DNA of 64,000 bases from Candidatus Omnitrophota bacterium (GTDB taxonomy: Bacteria; Omnitrophota; Gorgyraeia; Zapsychrales; Zapsychraceae): positions 69,275 through 133,274 of the forward strand of contig JAJDCA010000068.1 of the NCBI GenBank assembly GCA_029261055.1, read 5' to 3'. Made by a program: the position numbers and the translations under genes. Under the pieces are notes generated by a model. That model did no database searches, had not been told where the DNA came from, and saw only the letters and a program-made list of their open reading frames with translations. Shown in pieces: positions 37,033 to 46,005 of this stretch (the first letter of the stretch is position 1; each line of letters starts with the position of its first letter).

Positions 37033-38330
37033 AAAATTTCCTCTTTGGCAGACAACTCTTTAAGCTCTTCTTCCCAATTTTGAATGTCAATCACTTTCAC
37101 TTCAGGACAACAAAGAACAAAATGTCCACCGTTTTTTAAATATTCCATATTATCAATGATAATTTTTTTCGCATGGACCCAGGCCAAAATAATCGTATAC
37201 TTTGGCATTCTCGAATATAATTCTTTAGTAGGAAGAACTTTAATTTTATCCCCGGGAGAATATCTGTTCACTTTTTGAGGATGATCATCAACTATAAAAC
37301 TGATATCCTTTCCAAACTTAAATTGAGCCGTCAGAGTTGGTCCGCTTCTTGCCGCCCCATACCCAGCAATAGTGGCCCCTTCCTCATGCCATTTCTTTAT
37401 TAAGTCAGCCATTTCCTCTCTTAAAGAAATCAGCCTATCAGAAAATTTTCTAATAAGTTCCGGCTGGTCAAAGCCTCTTTGAACTTCATAATTGATATAT
37501 TCGGGAACATTTTTTTCTATTTCACGGGGACCTCCCTTAAGCTGGGCTACTCCGATAAAAGAACCCCCTTGAAAGTGGTTTCTTTCTACAGAAATAAGCT
37601 CCATACCATTTCGCTCCAAAAACTGCTGCATAGGTTTCACCGAATGATGCGATAAATGCTCGTGAATGACAGCTCCTAAAACTAAACCATCGATGATATC
37701 AACCAAATATTGAACCTCAAAAACAAAAATCCCATCAGGTGCCAACAGGCCCTCGATGCTTCTAGCCAAATCGTTTAATTGATCAGAATGCGCAAAAGCA
37801 TTAAAACAACAAACGACATTTGCTTTTCCATTTTTTTGAACAATATCTTTAGCCAAATCTAACGTCAAAAAGTCAATAATTGTCGGAACACCGGCTTCTA
37901 TAGCCTCTTTAGCAATGGTTTCGGCAGGATCAACTCCTAAAACATTCATCCCTTGTTTTTTAAAACCCTGTAAAAGCGTCCCGTCATTGCTTCCAACGTC
38001 AACAGCCAGGGCACTACTTTTGATTTTATATTTCTGAAAAGTCTTTTCAGCTACATCATGAAGATGATCCACAATCACTTGGGCTTGCCCCGAACGAAAC
38101 GTAAAATCATCCCATAAAACATTGGGATCAATGCAATCAAAAATTTGAACGTGACCGCACTCCCGGCACATATACAAATCAATGGCGTATAAATGGCACT
38201 CCTCGTTTAATTGATCTTCCATCAGATATTTCTCTGTAAGAGGTATCGGTTCTAAAGGAACAGCAAGTTCAACGTTGTCACTTTCACAAAGGCGACATGT
38301 TGTTCTTTTATAATTTTTTGCTTTCATCAT
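37014..38330 (-). CDS. NDP-hexose C-methyltransferase-like (zinc-ribbon + class I MTase + C-terminal C-MT domain)
   Basis: CRLCES...CRECGHVQ zinc-ribbon, VDVGSNDGTLL motif I, long C-terminal domain. Architecture typical of TylC3/EvaC-type sugar C-methyltransferases. 438 aa. Confidence 0.65.
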   Translation of the reverse strand: MMKAKNYKRTTCRLCESDNVELAVPLEPIPLTEKYLMEDQLNEECHLYAIDLYMCRECGHVQIFDCIDPNVLWDDFTFRSGQAQVIVDHLHDVAEKTFQKYKIKSSALAVDVGSNDGTLLQGFKKQGMNVLGVDPAETIAKEAIEAGVPTIIDFLTLDLAKDIVQKNGKANVVCCFNAFAHSDQLNDLARSIEGLLAPDGIFVFEVQYLVDIIDGLVLGAVIHEHLSHHSVKPMQQFLERNGMELISVERNHFQGGSFIGVAQLKGGPREIEKNVPEYINYEVQRGFDQPELIRKFSDRLISLREEMADLIKKWHEEGATIAGYGAARSGPTLTAQFKFGKDISFIVDDHPQKVNRYSPGDKIKVLPTKELYSRMPKYTIILAWVHAKKIIIDNMEYLKNGGHFVLCCPEVKVIDIQNWEEELKELSAKEEILCLAKN

Positions 38331-38397
38331 TTCTCCTTCACAATTAGTGCTAATAATGATTTTCCTCGGGGCAAGCCTCGGGGAATTAGACCCTTTT

Positions 38398-38423
38398 GGA
38401 ATTTCTTTAAAACTAGAAATTCC
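38398..38423 (-). promoter_or_regulatory. Inverted repeat GGAATTTC(10 nt)GAAATTCC in the 96-bp spacer between the aminotransferase and C-methyltransferase genes
   Basis: Perfect 8-bp arms seen directly. Sequence flavour similar to the 3448-3471 palindrome (GGAAATT...AATTTCC). No U-tract follows. Confidence 0.3.
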
Positions 38424-38426
38424 TAA

Positions 38427-39560
38427 TTAAACTCCTAAAGGTGTAACTTTTTTCGTAGTAAAGAATTCGCTAACCGTTTGGATAACAAAATCAACCTGCT
38501 CATCATTAAGATTTTCATGGCACGGCAAGCTTAATGTTCTCTCCAAAATCCTGCGGGCAACAGGCACATCTGCACCCTTCAAATGAGAATACACCGACGC
38601 ATCACAAACCAAAGGTATGTGATAAATCTTATTCTCAATTTGCTTCTCAGTTAAATACCTTTTCAATTCATCGCGCATATCTGTTTGAATCGGATACGTA
38701 AAATACGTACGCGCATCGTCTGTTCCTGTTTGCGGACATTTTACATATCCTGACAATGCTTGGGTATAGCGTCCAGCGATCTCGTTAATTCGCGCCATTT
38801 TTTGTGGTAAACGTCTCAACGCCACCAATAACATGGTCGCTTGAATGGTATCCATTTTATGATTCAATGATACGTAGTGAGCTTCATTGGTAATCATTTT
38901 CTTAGGATCCGATTTAGTTCCCGCATGTCTTAACATACGGATTGTCTCATAAATTTTTTGATCATCTGTAACTACAACGCCGGCCTCCCCATAGCTGGCG
39001 AGAGGCTTCATAGAATTCATACTAAAGGCTCCTACCTTTGAAAATGAACCAGATTTTTTTGATTGATATTCAGCCCCAAATGCCTGTGCAGCATCCTCAA
39101 TGACAAAAATTTTATGTTTTTCAGCAATTGCACAAATTCTGTCCATTTCACACATGGAACCACAATAGTGCATGGACACAATCGCTTTTGTCGCCTTAGT
39201 GATTGCCTGCTCAATCAGATCAGGATTAATATTGAAATCATCGCGAACATCGACAAATACTGGCGTTGCCCCGCACGCAGCAATGGCATGCACCGTGATG
39301 ATCCAAGTCAATGGTGTTGTAATGACCTCATCACCTGGGCCGATTCCAATACTTTTTAAGGCCAAAAAAAGAGCACTGCTGCCAGATGAAACGCCGACAG
39401 CATAACGCGTTCCAACAAATTGCGCGATTTCTTTTTCAAATGCACCAACCTCTGGTCCTAACATAATCATTCCATGCTTTAAAACCTTATCCACAGAATC
39501 TAATAATTCTGAACGTAATTCATTATCTTCAACAGCAAGACTAAAAATGGGAACTTTCAT
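38427..39560 (-). CDS. DegT/DnrJ/EryC1/StrS family PLP-dependent sugar aminotransferase
   Basis: GPGDEVITTPLTWIITVHAIAACGATPVFVDV...FVIEDAAQAFGAEY...SFSMNSMKPL (Lys). 377 aa. Confidence 0.85.
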   Translation of the reverse strand: MKVPIFSLAVEDNELRSELLDSVDKVLKHGMIMLGPEVGAFEKEIAQFVGTRYAVGVSSGSSALFLALKSIGIGPGDEVITTPLTWIITVHAIAACGATPVFVDVRDDFNINPDLIEQAITKATKAIVSMHYCGSMCEMDRICAIAEKHKIFVIEDAAQAFGAEYQSKKSGSFSKVGAFSMNSMKPLASYGEAGVVVTDDQKIYETIRMLRHAGTKSDPKKMITNEAHYVSLNHKMDTIQATMLLVALRRLPQKMARINEIAGRYTQALSGYVKCPQTGTDDARTYFTYPIQTDMRDELKRYLTEKQIENKIYHIPLVCDASVYSHLKGADVPVARRILERTLSLPCHENLNDEQVDFVIQTVSEFFTTKKVTPLGV

Positions 39561-41227
39561 TCTACTCCTATTCCTGTTTCTTTAGTTTTAAGATTCAACC
39601 CACTATTCGCATCCTGAGGCAATAACGCCACATATTGACGCAACCAGTTCCTTCCGATTCGGGCATGGGCAACCACACACTCTTTGCCATAATGCTTACC
39701 GCAATCTGAAGCTACTGATTTAAACTGCATTTGTAATCTCTCATCCCTCTCACTGTATTGCCTAGTTCCAGCAAATCTTTCCAACATCTCATCCACTAAT
39801 TCCTTAATATCGTCTTCATTATTATTTACGATTTCAACATCTTCTTTGTCATAACTAGCCGTAACATCAGCCATTGCTAAAGGAGGGACAAGCAATTCTG
39901 AAAATTTCACTGGGCGGCCTTCACGGCTCCTTATTAAAAGTTTTGGTATAAATAAATCTTCACTTGTCAGAAAATAAATTCCGCAGGTCGGTAATGAATT
40001 GGTCATAACAATGGGTTTCCCAAACGTTATCGCAAAAAGATGTAAACCTGAAGCTGTCGTCACAAAAAATCGACATTGAGCACATAAAAAGACATCCATC
40101 CAGTCACTTTTAGCTTCACTATGAGCATAATCAATAACACGGGGCATCTTAGGCATTGGTTTCATGGTAGAATCCCCCATGCGAAACACCCAACCCCCGG
40201 CATCCGTCACGGCTTTCATGGCTGATTGATATGTATCAATATCGGCATCACGGAAATCATTTCCCCGTGAATCTTTATCCTTCCATCCGCTTTCCCTCAC
40301 ATGAAAACAGACAAACCAGTCATTTTCGCTCAAACCAAAGGCTTTAAGACTCTGCAATCCTCGTTGACGATGCATATCCGTAATTTTTAATACGGGCTCT
40401 CGTTTCTCTCTAATCCATTGCTCACATACAGACCCAAGCGCCAAAAAACTTTTTCGTACTTCCCCATGTAAAAACATATAATGATTTAGTGGAATTTCAA
40501 ACCGCTTTTCTAAAGGCTTAAGCAATTGAATCATATCTGAATCAGTTATAACGGTTATATAAGGGCGCCAACAATTTAGATAACTGAGATTGTTAACAGA
40601 TTCTTTGTGGTCAACAAGCAAAATTATTTTTTTTTCGGGACGCAACCCAAGCTTTCCTGCCTTAATATAAATATCCAAATGTTCATAATTACCTATACTA
40701 CCCATGCTTAAATAGCTCGGAAGAAATTCAATTTCCAAGTCATCATACTGATTCAATTCAGCCATTTTCTGCCGAAATTCTGCATCTTTTTGGCACATTT
40801 CATGCATTGCTTCCAACTTTCCCTGATTATAATAAAGGGTCCTTAATTTTTGATTCGCGTTCAACCAATCCAGATCATCATTTGGTGAGGGCTTCTGATC
40901 TACAATTTTCTTAAAATACCCAATCGTTTGTTCTTCCAAATCTTTAATAGCTCTGTCGCTAGGATTTGCTTGTGACTTAATTTTCTTTAACTTTCTTAGG
41001 TTTCTTTCTCCCATAAAGCAGTAAGCATTGGGCCAATCCATATCAAGCAATACCGTCAACGGCGCACTAATAGACATAAAAAGCAGCCAAAACAGTTTTA
41101 CAATTTTTCGAAACACTACAAGCATGCCGCCTTTACGTATATGCCCCAATTGTCGCTCACCCCAAACAATCATTTTTCTCAATATAGTCATCATTTTAAA
41201 CTGTTTGCTCCCGAAGAGTCCCACCAA
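39557..41227 (-). CDS. Membrane-anchored putative glycosyltransferase, paralog A of a tandem pair (TIGR04372-like domain; hedged)
   Basis: N-terminal TM helix. C-terminal ~250 aa (CFHVRESGW...FRDADIDTY...VFRMGD...VIDY...FLCAQCRFFV...LFIPK...SREGR) clearly homologous to the adjacent gene 41196-42386. 556 aa with an extra N-terminal domain. Confidence 0.4.
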   Translation of the reverse strand: MVGLFGSKQFKMMTILRKMIVWGERQLGHIRKGGMLVVFRKIVKLFWLLFMSISAPLTVLLDMDWPNAYCFMGERNLRKLKKIKSQANPSDRAIKDLEEQTIGYFKKIVDQKPSPNDDLDWLNANQKLRTLYYNQGKLEAMHEMCQKDAEFRQKMAELNQYDDLEIEFLPSYLSMGSIGNYEHLDIYIKAGKLGLRPEKKIILLVDHKESVNNLSYLNCWRPYITVITDSDMIQLLKPLEKRFEIPLNHYMFLHGEVRKSFLALGSVCEQWIREKREPVLKITDMHRQRGLQSLKAFGLSENDWFVCFHVRESGWKDKDSRGNDFRDADIDTYQSAMKAVTDAGGWVFRMGDSTMKPMPKMPRVIDYAHSEAKSDWMDVFLCAQCRFFVTTASGLHLFAITFGKPIVMTNSLPTCGIYFLTSEDLFIPKLLIRSREGRPVKFSELLVPPLAMADVTASYDKEDVEIVNNNEDDIKELVDEMLERFAGTRQYSERDERLQMQFKSVASDCGKHYGKECVVAHARIGRNWLRQYVALLPQDANSGLNLKTKETGIGVE

Positions 41228-42386
41228 GCAATTCTTTATTCTGCCTTAAATACTGAGCTCCGATTAACCCAAAGAATTTTTTTCTATTATTACCCTCAAC
41301 AATATTTCTGAATCTTTGCTGCAACTCCTTATCCTCTTGTGTTTCAACCCATGTTCCGTTCAGACGTTTTTCCATTTCCAACGAAACGTCCAGAATCTCT
41401 TGTGGAGTATTGTTGACCATTTCTATCCCAGCTTTCTGAAATTGTTCGGTCGTGCCGTATTGGGCAATCTCAGTATTAAGCATTTCATCAAGGGTCAGAA
41501 AACGCTTTTCCCTTGATAAAAAAAGTTTTTTGGGAATGAACAATTGACCGCTTGTAACCAAATGAATAGGGCTAAAGGGCACAAAATCGATCCAGACAAC
41601 CGGCCGCCTAAATATCATAGGCACTTCCGCCAATCCGTCCGACCCGGCAATAAAAAAATGGCAGTGCGCACTTAAATACACATCAAGAAAATCTGTTCCT
41701 CCGATAGCCCCATAATCAATGACCTTTGGATGAACCATCTTAAATTTTTTCTCAACATATCGTCCCATTCTGACGGCAAAATAACCTTTACTTACTAGTT
41801 TTTCAACAGCAGGAACATAATTATCGATATCCGCATTACGATAATCATGATAATCCCAATTTATATGAGCTAGGTGTTTCTTTAAATAACCTGCCTCACG
41901 TGTGTGAAAACAAATAAATGGTTTGTCAAGCGGCACTCCTAATTCTTTGAGTTGTTCTTGGCCGAATTTCAATTCGTTCTCAGTAAAACTTAAATTGGGC
42001 AATGTATTAACTGTTGAATCATCATATACCCTGGTCATGTAGGGAACGACGTGTTTTTCCCATCCAGGAATGCCTCTATTGACTTTATCAACCCAAAAAG
42101 CAAAAGGATATATCGGAATCGATCTTTCTATCATTTTCTTAACCTGGGTGTTAGAAATTTTGTCCTTCCAAAAACAACAAAAGTCTATAGTTCGCGGAAC
42201 ATTCAGGCCCGCCTTACGGCGACAAACAAATGCATCAAAATGCGGCAGTACGCATCCGATCTTGAAGATAGGAAATCTACAAATCCGCACAGCCACCAAC
42301 GGCGACAGAATCCTCATTAACAAAACCAACGGCATTGCCAACAACATTAATATAAATTTTTTAATTTTCGAATCAGACGTCGTCAT
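41196..42386 (-). CDS. Membrane-anchored putative glycosyltransferase, paralog B of the tandem pair
   Basis: CFHTREAGY...YRNADIDNY...AVRMGR...VIDY...YLSAHCHFFI...LFIPK...SREKR aligns motif-for-motif with paralog A. N-terminal TM helix. 396 aa. Confidence 0.4.
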   Translation of the reverse strand: MTTSDSKIKKFILMLLAMPLVLLMRILSPLVAVRICRFPIFKIGCVLPHFDAFVCRRKAGLNVPRTIDFCCFWKDKISNTQVKKMIERSIPIYPFAFWVDKVNRGIPGWEKHVVPYMTRVYDDSTVNTLPNLSFTENELKFGQEQLKELGVPLDKPFICFHTREAGYLKKHLAHINWDYHDYRNADIDNYVPAVEKLVSKGYFAVRMGRYVEKKFKMVHPKVIDYGAIGGTDFLDVYLSAHCHFFIAGSDGLAEVPMIFRRPVVWIDFVPFSPIHLVTSGQLFIPKKLFLSREKRFLTLDEMLNTEIAQYGTTEQFQKAGIEMVNNTPQEILDVSLEMEKRLNGTWVETQEDKELQQRFRNIVEGNNRKKFFGLIGAQYLRQNKELLGGTLREQTV

Positions 42387-43338
42387 AACTTTTTCCCATC
42401 GCTATTTCAAAAGGCGCCCCCTCGCTCTCTACGGAATGAATAATCCTTTTGACTAATTGTTCTGGCTGTAAATTGAACGCTTCCAATAATAAATCTTGGT
42501 CTCCATAGGTTTGGACAAAAGCATCCGGTAATCCCCACCGATAAATAGGAGGAAGTTCAGCAGGCACACTGTGATCAATCAAGAGTTCCAAGCATGCACT
42601 TCCTAATCCGCCAATTAATGTATGCTCCTCAACGATAAATACCTTCCTGGCCTTCTTGACATAGTCAACAATGTTTTTATCCAAGGGCTTAACAGTATGA
42701 ACATGCAATACACCGCACTCTATTCCCTTATCAGAAAGCTGTTGAGCAGCCGTTAACGCTCTATGCGTCATAGCACCATTGGCAATGATCAATATCGCTC
42801 CTTCACGCATCAAAATCGACTTACCAATTTCAAAACCTGCCTTATCATCACTGACAATCGGTCGACCGTACTTAGCGCATCGAATATAAATCGTACCCGG
42901 CCACGTCAGCGTGTGAGGCATTAAACGGGTCATTTCATCAGCATCGCAGGGAACAACAACAGTCATATCCGGAATCGCCCTCATGATAGCCACATCTTCG
43001 ATTGCCGTGTGCGTGGGCCCAAGATGCGCCGTTGTTAAACCACCGCCCATCCCTACTACCCGAATAGGCCGTTTTTGCAAACAAGCATCCAGGGCGATCT
43101 GTTCATAGGTCTTTCTGGTATTAAACGTCGCGTGATTCAATATATAAGGAATATAACCCTCGGCCGCCAAACCCGTCGCCATTCCGGCAATGTTAGCTTC
43201 CGATATCGGTTCTACAAAATATCTACTTTGTATTTCCTCACTGAGTTCTACGCCAGGTCCATGGTCGCAACCGATCAAAACCACATTAGGGTTTGTCTTG
43301 GCCATCTCACTGATCATATTCATGCACGCTCTAAACAT
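42373..43338 (-). CDS. Transketolase, C-terminal section (pyrimidine-binding + C-terminal domains), split-type
   Basis: GYIPYILNHATF...VVGMGGGLTTAHLGPTHTAIEDVAIMRAIPDMTVVVPCDADE is the transketolase central/C-terminal signature. Its start codon overlaps the stop of the N-terminal subunit gene. Confidence 0.9.
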   Translation of the reverse strand: MFRACMNMISEMAKTNPNVVLIGCDHGPGVELSEEIQSRYFVEPISEANIAGMATGLAAEGYIPYILNHATFNTRKTYEQIALDACLQKRPIRVVGMGGGLTTAHLGPTHTAIEDVAIMRAIPDMTVVVPCDADEMTRLMPHTLTWPGTIYIRCAKYGRPIVSDDKAGFEIGKSILMREGAILIIANGAMTHRALTAAQQLSDKGIECGVLHVHTVKPLDKNIVDYVKKARKVFIVEEHTLIGGLGSACLELLIDHSVPAELPPIYRWGLPDAFVQTYGDQDLLLEAFNLQPEQLVKRIIHSVESEGAPFEIAMGKSYDDV

Positions 43339-44180
43339 TAATAATCCTCCAAGGCCACATACATTTGATTAATCAAATCGTCGCTGATTTTATTTTTCCA
43401 ATGCCATGCAGAATCATTTTCAGCAAAAGAAATTCCTTTCCCCTTTACTGTATGACAAATAATAGCCATAGGATTTTTCTTCGGTTTTTCTTCAAAGACG
43501 CTTTCAAGTTCCTGGATATCATGCCCGTTAACTTCCTTCACCTCGAAGCCAAAACTACTCCATTTATCAGCTAAAGAACCAAAACATGAAATATCTTTGG
43601 TGTAGCCGGCCAATTGAACTTTATTATCATCAATTATAGTGATGAGATTAGTTAAATTGTGTTTAGAAGCACTTAAAGCTGCCTCCCAAATAGAGCCTTC
43701 ACCCATTTCACCATCACCCAATAACACAAAAACCCTATTATTTCTTTTCCTCATTAACGCGCCCTTAGCCATACCAACCCCAATGGACAGACCATGCCCC
43801 AATGCTCCCGTGGTTGCTTCTATGCCCGGCACCAATTCTTCACAACATCCGCCAAGTCTCGAACCTTCCTTGCTATAGGTACTCAACTCATCTTTCGAAA
43901 TAAATCCCTTATCTGCTAAAATCGCATAAAGCCCCAAACAGCCATGTCCTTTGCTTAAAATAAATCGGTCTCTCTCCGGCCAAGTAAGATCCCCGATTTT
44001 ATAATTCAATGTATTGTCGTATAATACCCTTACGATTTCAATCAATGATAACGCAGAACCAATATGGCCTTTTCTAGCTCCCTGTAAACCTCCAATAACA
44101 AGCCGCCTTAATTCTTTTGACCTACCATCCAGCTTTGAACTCTTTGCTTTTTCAGCTAATTCTGCTATTGCATTGGACAT
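43338..44180 (-). CDS. Transketolase, N-terminal section (thiamine-diphosphate-binding), split-type
   Basis: GHIGSALSLIEIVRVLY...LLGDGEMGEGSIWEAALSASKHNLTNLITIIDDNKVQ (TPP-binding GDG...N motif). 280 aa. Confidence 0.9.
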   Translation of the reverse strand: MSNAIAELAEKAKSSKLDGRSKELRRLVIGGLQGARKGHIGSALSLIEIVRVLYDNTLNYKIGDLTWPERDRFILSKGHGCLGLYAILADKGFISKDELSTYSKEGSRLGGCCEELVPGIEATTGALGHGLSIGVGMAKGALMRKRNNRVFVLLGDGEMGEGSIWEAALSASKHNLTNLITIIDDNKVQLAGYTKDISCFGSLADKWSSFGFEVKEVNGHDIQELESVFEEKPKKNPMAIICHTVKGKGISFAENDSAWHWKNKISDDLINQMYVALEDY

Positions 44181-45189
44181 AAGGTAATTCCTTGTAAGAT
44201 TCGTAGACGGATTTTGTTAAATTCCGCACACGTTCCAGCTGTTTACTTCGTTCCGTATCACCATTTGATTTAAGCAGTTGATATCCCGGTTGAAATGGAT
44301 TCAACATAATCATGCACCATTTTAATCCAAAGAGTGGATATAATGATTTGAGCCTACTAAAAAACTTCTCATCTTTACCAAAAATATTTATAAATCCATC
44401 AAACAACGCCTGTTTCTTTTCATCATTCAGATTCATCCCCGGATGTTGAAGGGTGTCAGCAACCAACTTAACCGGATCATCCCATCCGAAGAACTCAAAA
44501 TCGAGAAAATAATAATTATCATCTTTGCATAAAATATTGTGAAAACCAAAATCCACGATGCTTAAAGTTCGCTGTTCAAATGCAATATCTTCATCAAAAT
44601 TTAATCCGCAGCGCTTGTATTCTTCCTGAGCCCATGTAGAAACTTCATTAAATATGGGCATAAAATTTTGATCGATAAATTTATCTAATTGCGGATATTT
44701 ACTTCTCGATGATTCAATGCGATCTAATCGAGTATTAATTTGGTTAACAATGTCATTTCCAGTTAAGGTAGCATCCGTTGCCCGCCTTACTTCACAATCT
44801 TTAGTGCGCAGTGCAATGCCATGAACCTTTTGAATAAACTTCATAACATCATACATTTCTTTGACACCGTACTCATGTACCTTCTCCCCGTCAATCCATT
44901 CCATTAAAACACAATTCCTCCCTTGATCTTTAGCGATGATTTTCGGAGTTGATGTTATTTCGTTCCTAGAAAACAATTCGAGCGCCGTTGTCTCTGCTTC
45001 CCATCTCACCTTTTTTCCATTTTTGTCCGACCTGAAAAATTTAAGAGCATAGGTTTTACCGGCATTCTCTATACGGTAAATGCGGCTATTTCTTCCCCCT
45101 TCTATCCCAACAATATTGATATCCGTAGCTCCGCACATCTCACTTGCTATAATTTTTACTTGTTCAATATTATTTTCTGCACTGCACAT
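44152..45189 (-). CDS. Aminoglycoside-phosphotransferase/choline-kinase-like (APH fold) small-molecule kinase
   Basis: Brenner/HGD-like region IVDFGFHNILCKDDNYYFLDFEFFGWDDP (catalytic and Mg-binding DFE...D motifs of the APH/ChoK fold). 345 aa. Paralog of 59307-60422. Confidence 0.7.
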   Translation of the reverse strand: MCSAENNIEQVKIIASEMCGATDINIVGIEGGRNSRIYRIENAGKTYALKFFRSDKNGKKVRWEAETTALELFSRNEITSTPKIIAKDQGRNCVLMEWIDGEKVHEYGVKEMYDVMKFIQKVHGIALRTKDCEVRRATDATLTGNDIVNQINTRLDRIESSRSKYPQLDKFIDQNFMPIFNEVSTWAQEEYKRCGLNFDEDIAFEQRTLSIVDFGFHNILCKDDNYYFLDFEFFGWDDPVKLVADTLQHPGMNLNDEKKQALFDGFINIFGKDEKFFSRLKSLYPLFGLKWCMIMLNPFQPGYQLLKSNGDTERSKQLERVRNLTKSVYESYKELPYVQCNSRIS

Positions 45190-45204
45190 AATAAAGTATC
45201 CTCT

Positions 45205-45984
45205 TTAAATTCTTCCGCCACTGATCGGCATGATCGAGCCAGAGGCAAATGAGGCTTTGTCCGAAGCTAAAAATACCACAAAAGGCGATATTTCTTCGGC
45301 ATCGGCAAACCGACCTATCGGATAATATTGATTAATAAATTCGTTAACAAGCTGCTGATTTTGATCTTTCAACTTATCCCAATATTTTCCTTGAGACAAA
45401 ACAACGCCAGGCATAACACCGCTTACCACAACATTATCCTTCGCCATCTCGCGCCCCAACCCTTTCACATAAGCATTCAAATAGGCTTTTGCCGCCGCGT
45501 AAGGAAGGGCGCCACCAAAAGGCTCACTTAATGGCTCGCCCAGTTCGGCAGATATTGATGATATATGAACGACTCGTCCCCAACTTCGAGCTTGCATCTC
45601 CGGAATCAAAATCGCATTCATCTCAATAGCGACACCTACATTAAATCGCCAAACTGAGTTCCAATCCTCAACCTTTCCTAATGGATTCTTTTGGCCCAGG
45701 GCGCCGCCAACATTATGTACGACAATATCAATATTCTTATGTTTGGAAATCAACTCCTGCGCAACACGCGTCGGCTCTCCAGGTTCTCTTAAATTTGAAA
45801 CAATATAGTCATGACCTTTGGCCGTTCCGCCGATTTCATCTATCTTTTGTTTCAATCTACCTTCATCACGAGAAACAATAGTAAGCATACAATTTTCATT
45901 TGCAAAATCCTTAGCTATGGCAGCACCGATCCCCTTGCTGCCTCCCGTAATTAATACTCTTTTTCCCTTTATGCCTAAATCCAT
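45205..45984 (-). CDS. SDR family oxidoreductase
   Basis: KRVLITGGSKGIGAAIA motif; YAAAKAY (YxxxK). 259 aa. Confidence 0.85.
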   Translation of the reverse strand: MDLGIKGKRVLITGGSKGIGAAIAKDFANENCMLTIVSRDEGRLKQKIDEIGGTAKGHDYIVSNLREPGEPTRVAQELISKHKNIDIVVHNVGGALGQKNPLGKVEDWNSVWRFNVGVAIEMNAILIPEMQARSWGRVVHISSISAELGEPLSEPFGGALPYAAAKAYLNAYVKGLGREMAKDNVVVSGVMPGVVLSQGKYWDKLKDQNQQLVNEFINQYYPIGRFADAEEISPFVVFLASDKASFASGSIMPISGGRI

Positions 45985-46005
45985 AAAAACAATTCCCTCT
46001 AGCCT

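Noticed and set aside
38341-38380. Direct repeat CCTCGGGG-CAAG-CCTCGGGG, considered as a CRISPR-like or REP element
   Set aside because: Only two 8-bp copies, not an inverted pair and not an array. Noted only as sharing a GGGCAAGCC core with the 7450-7606 element.
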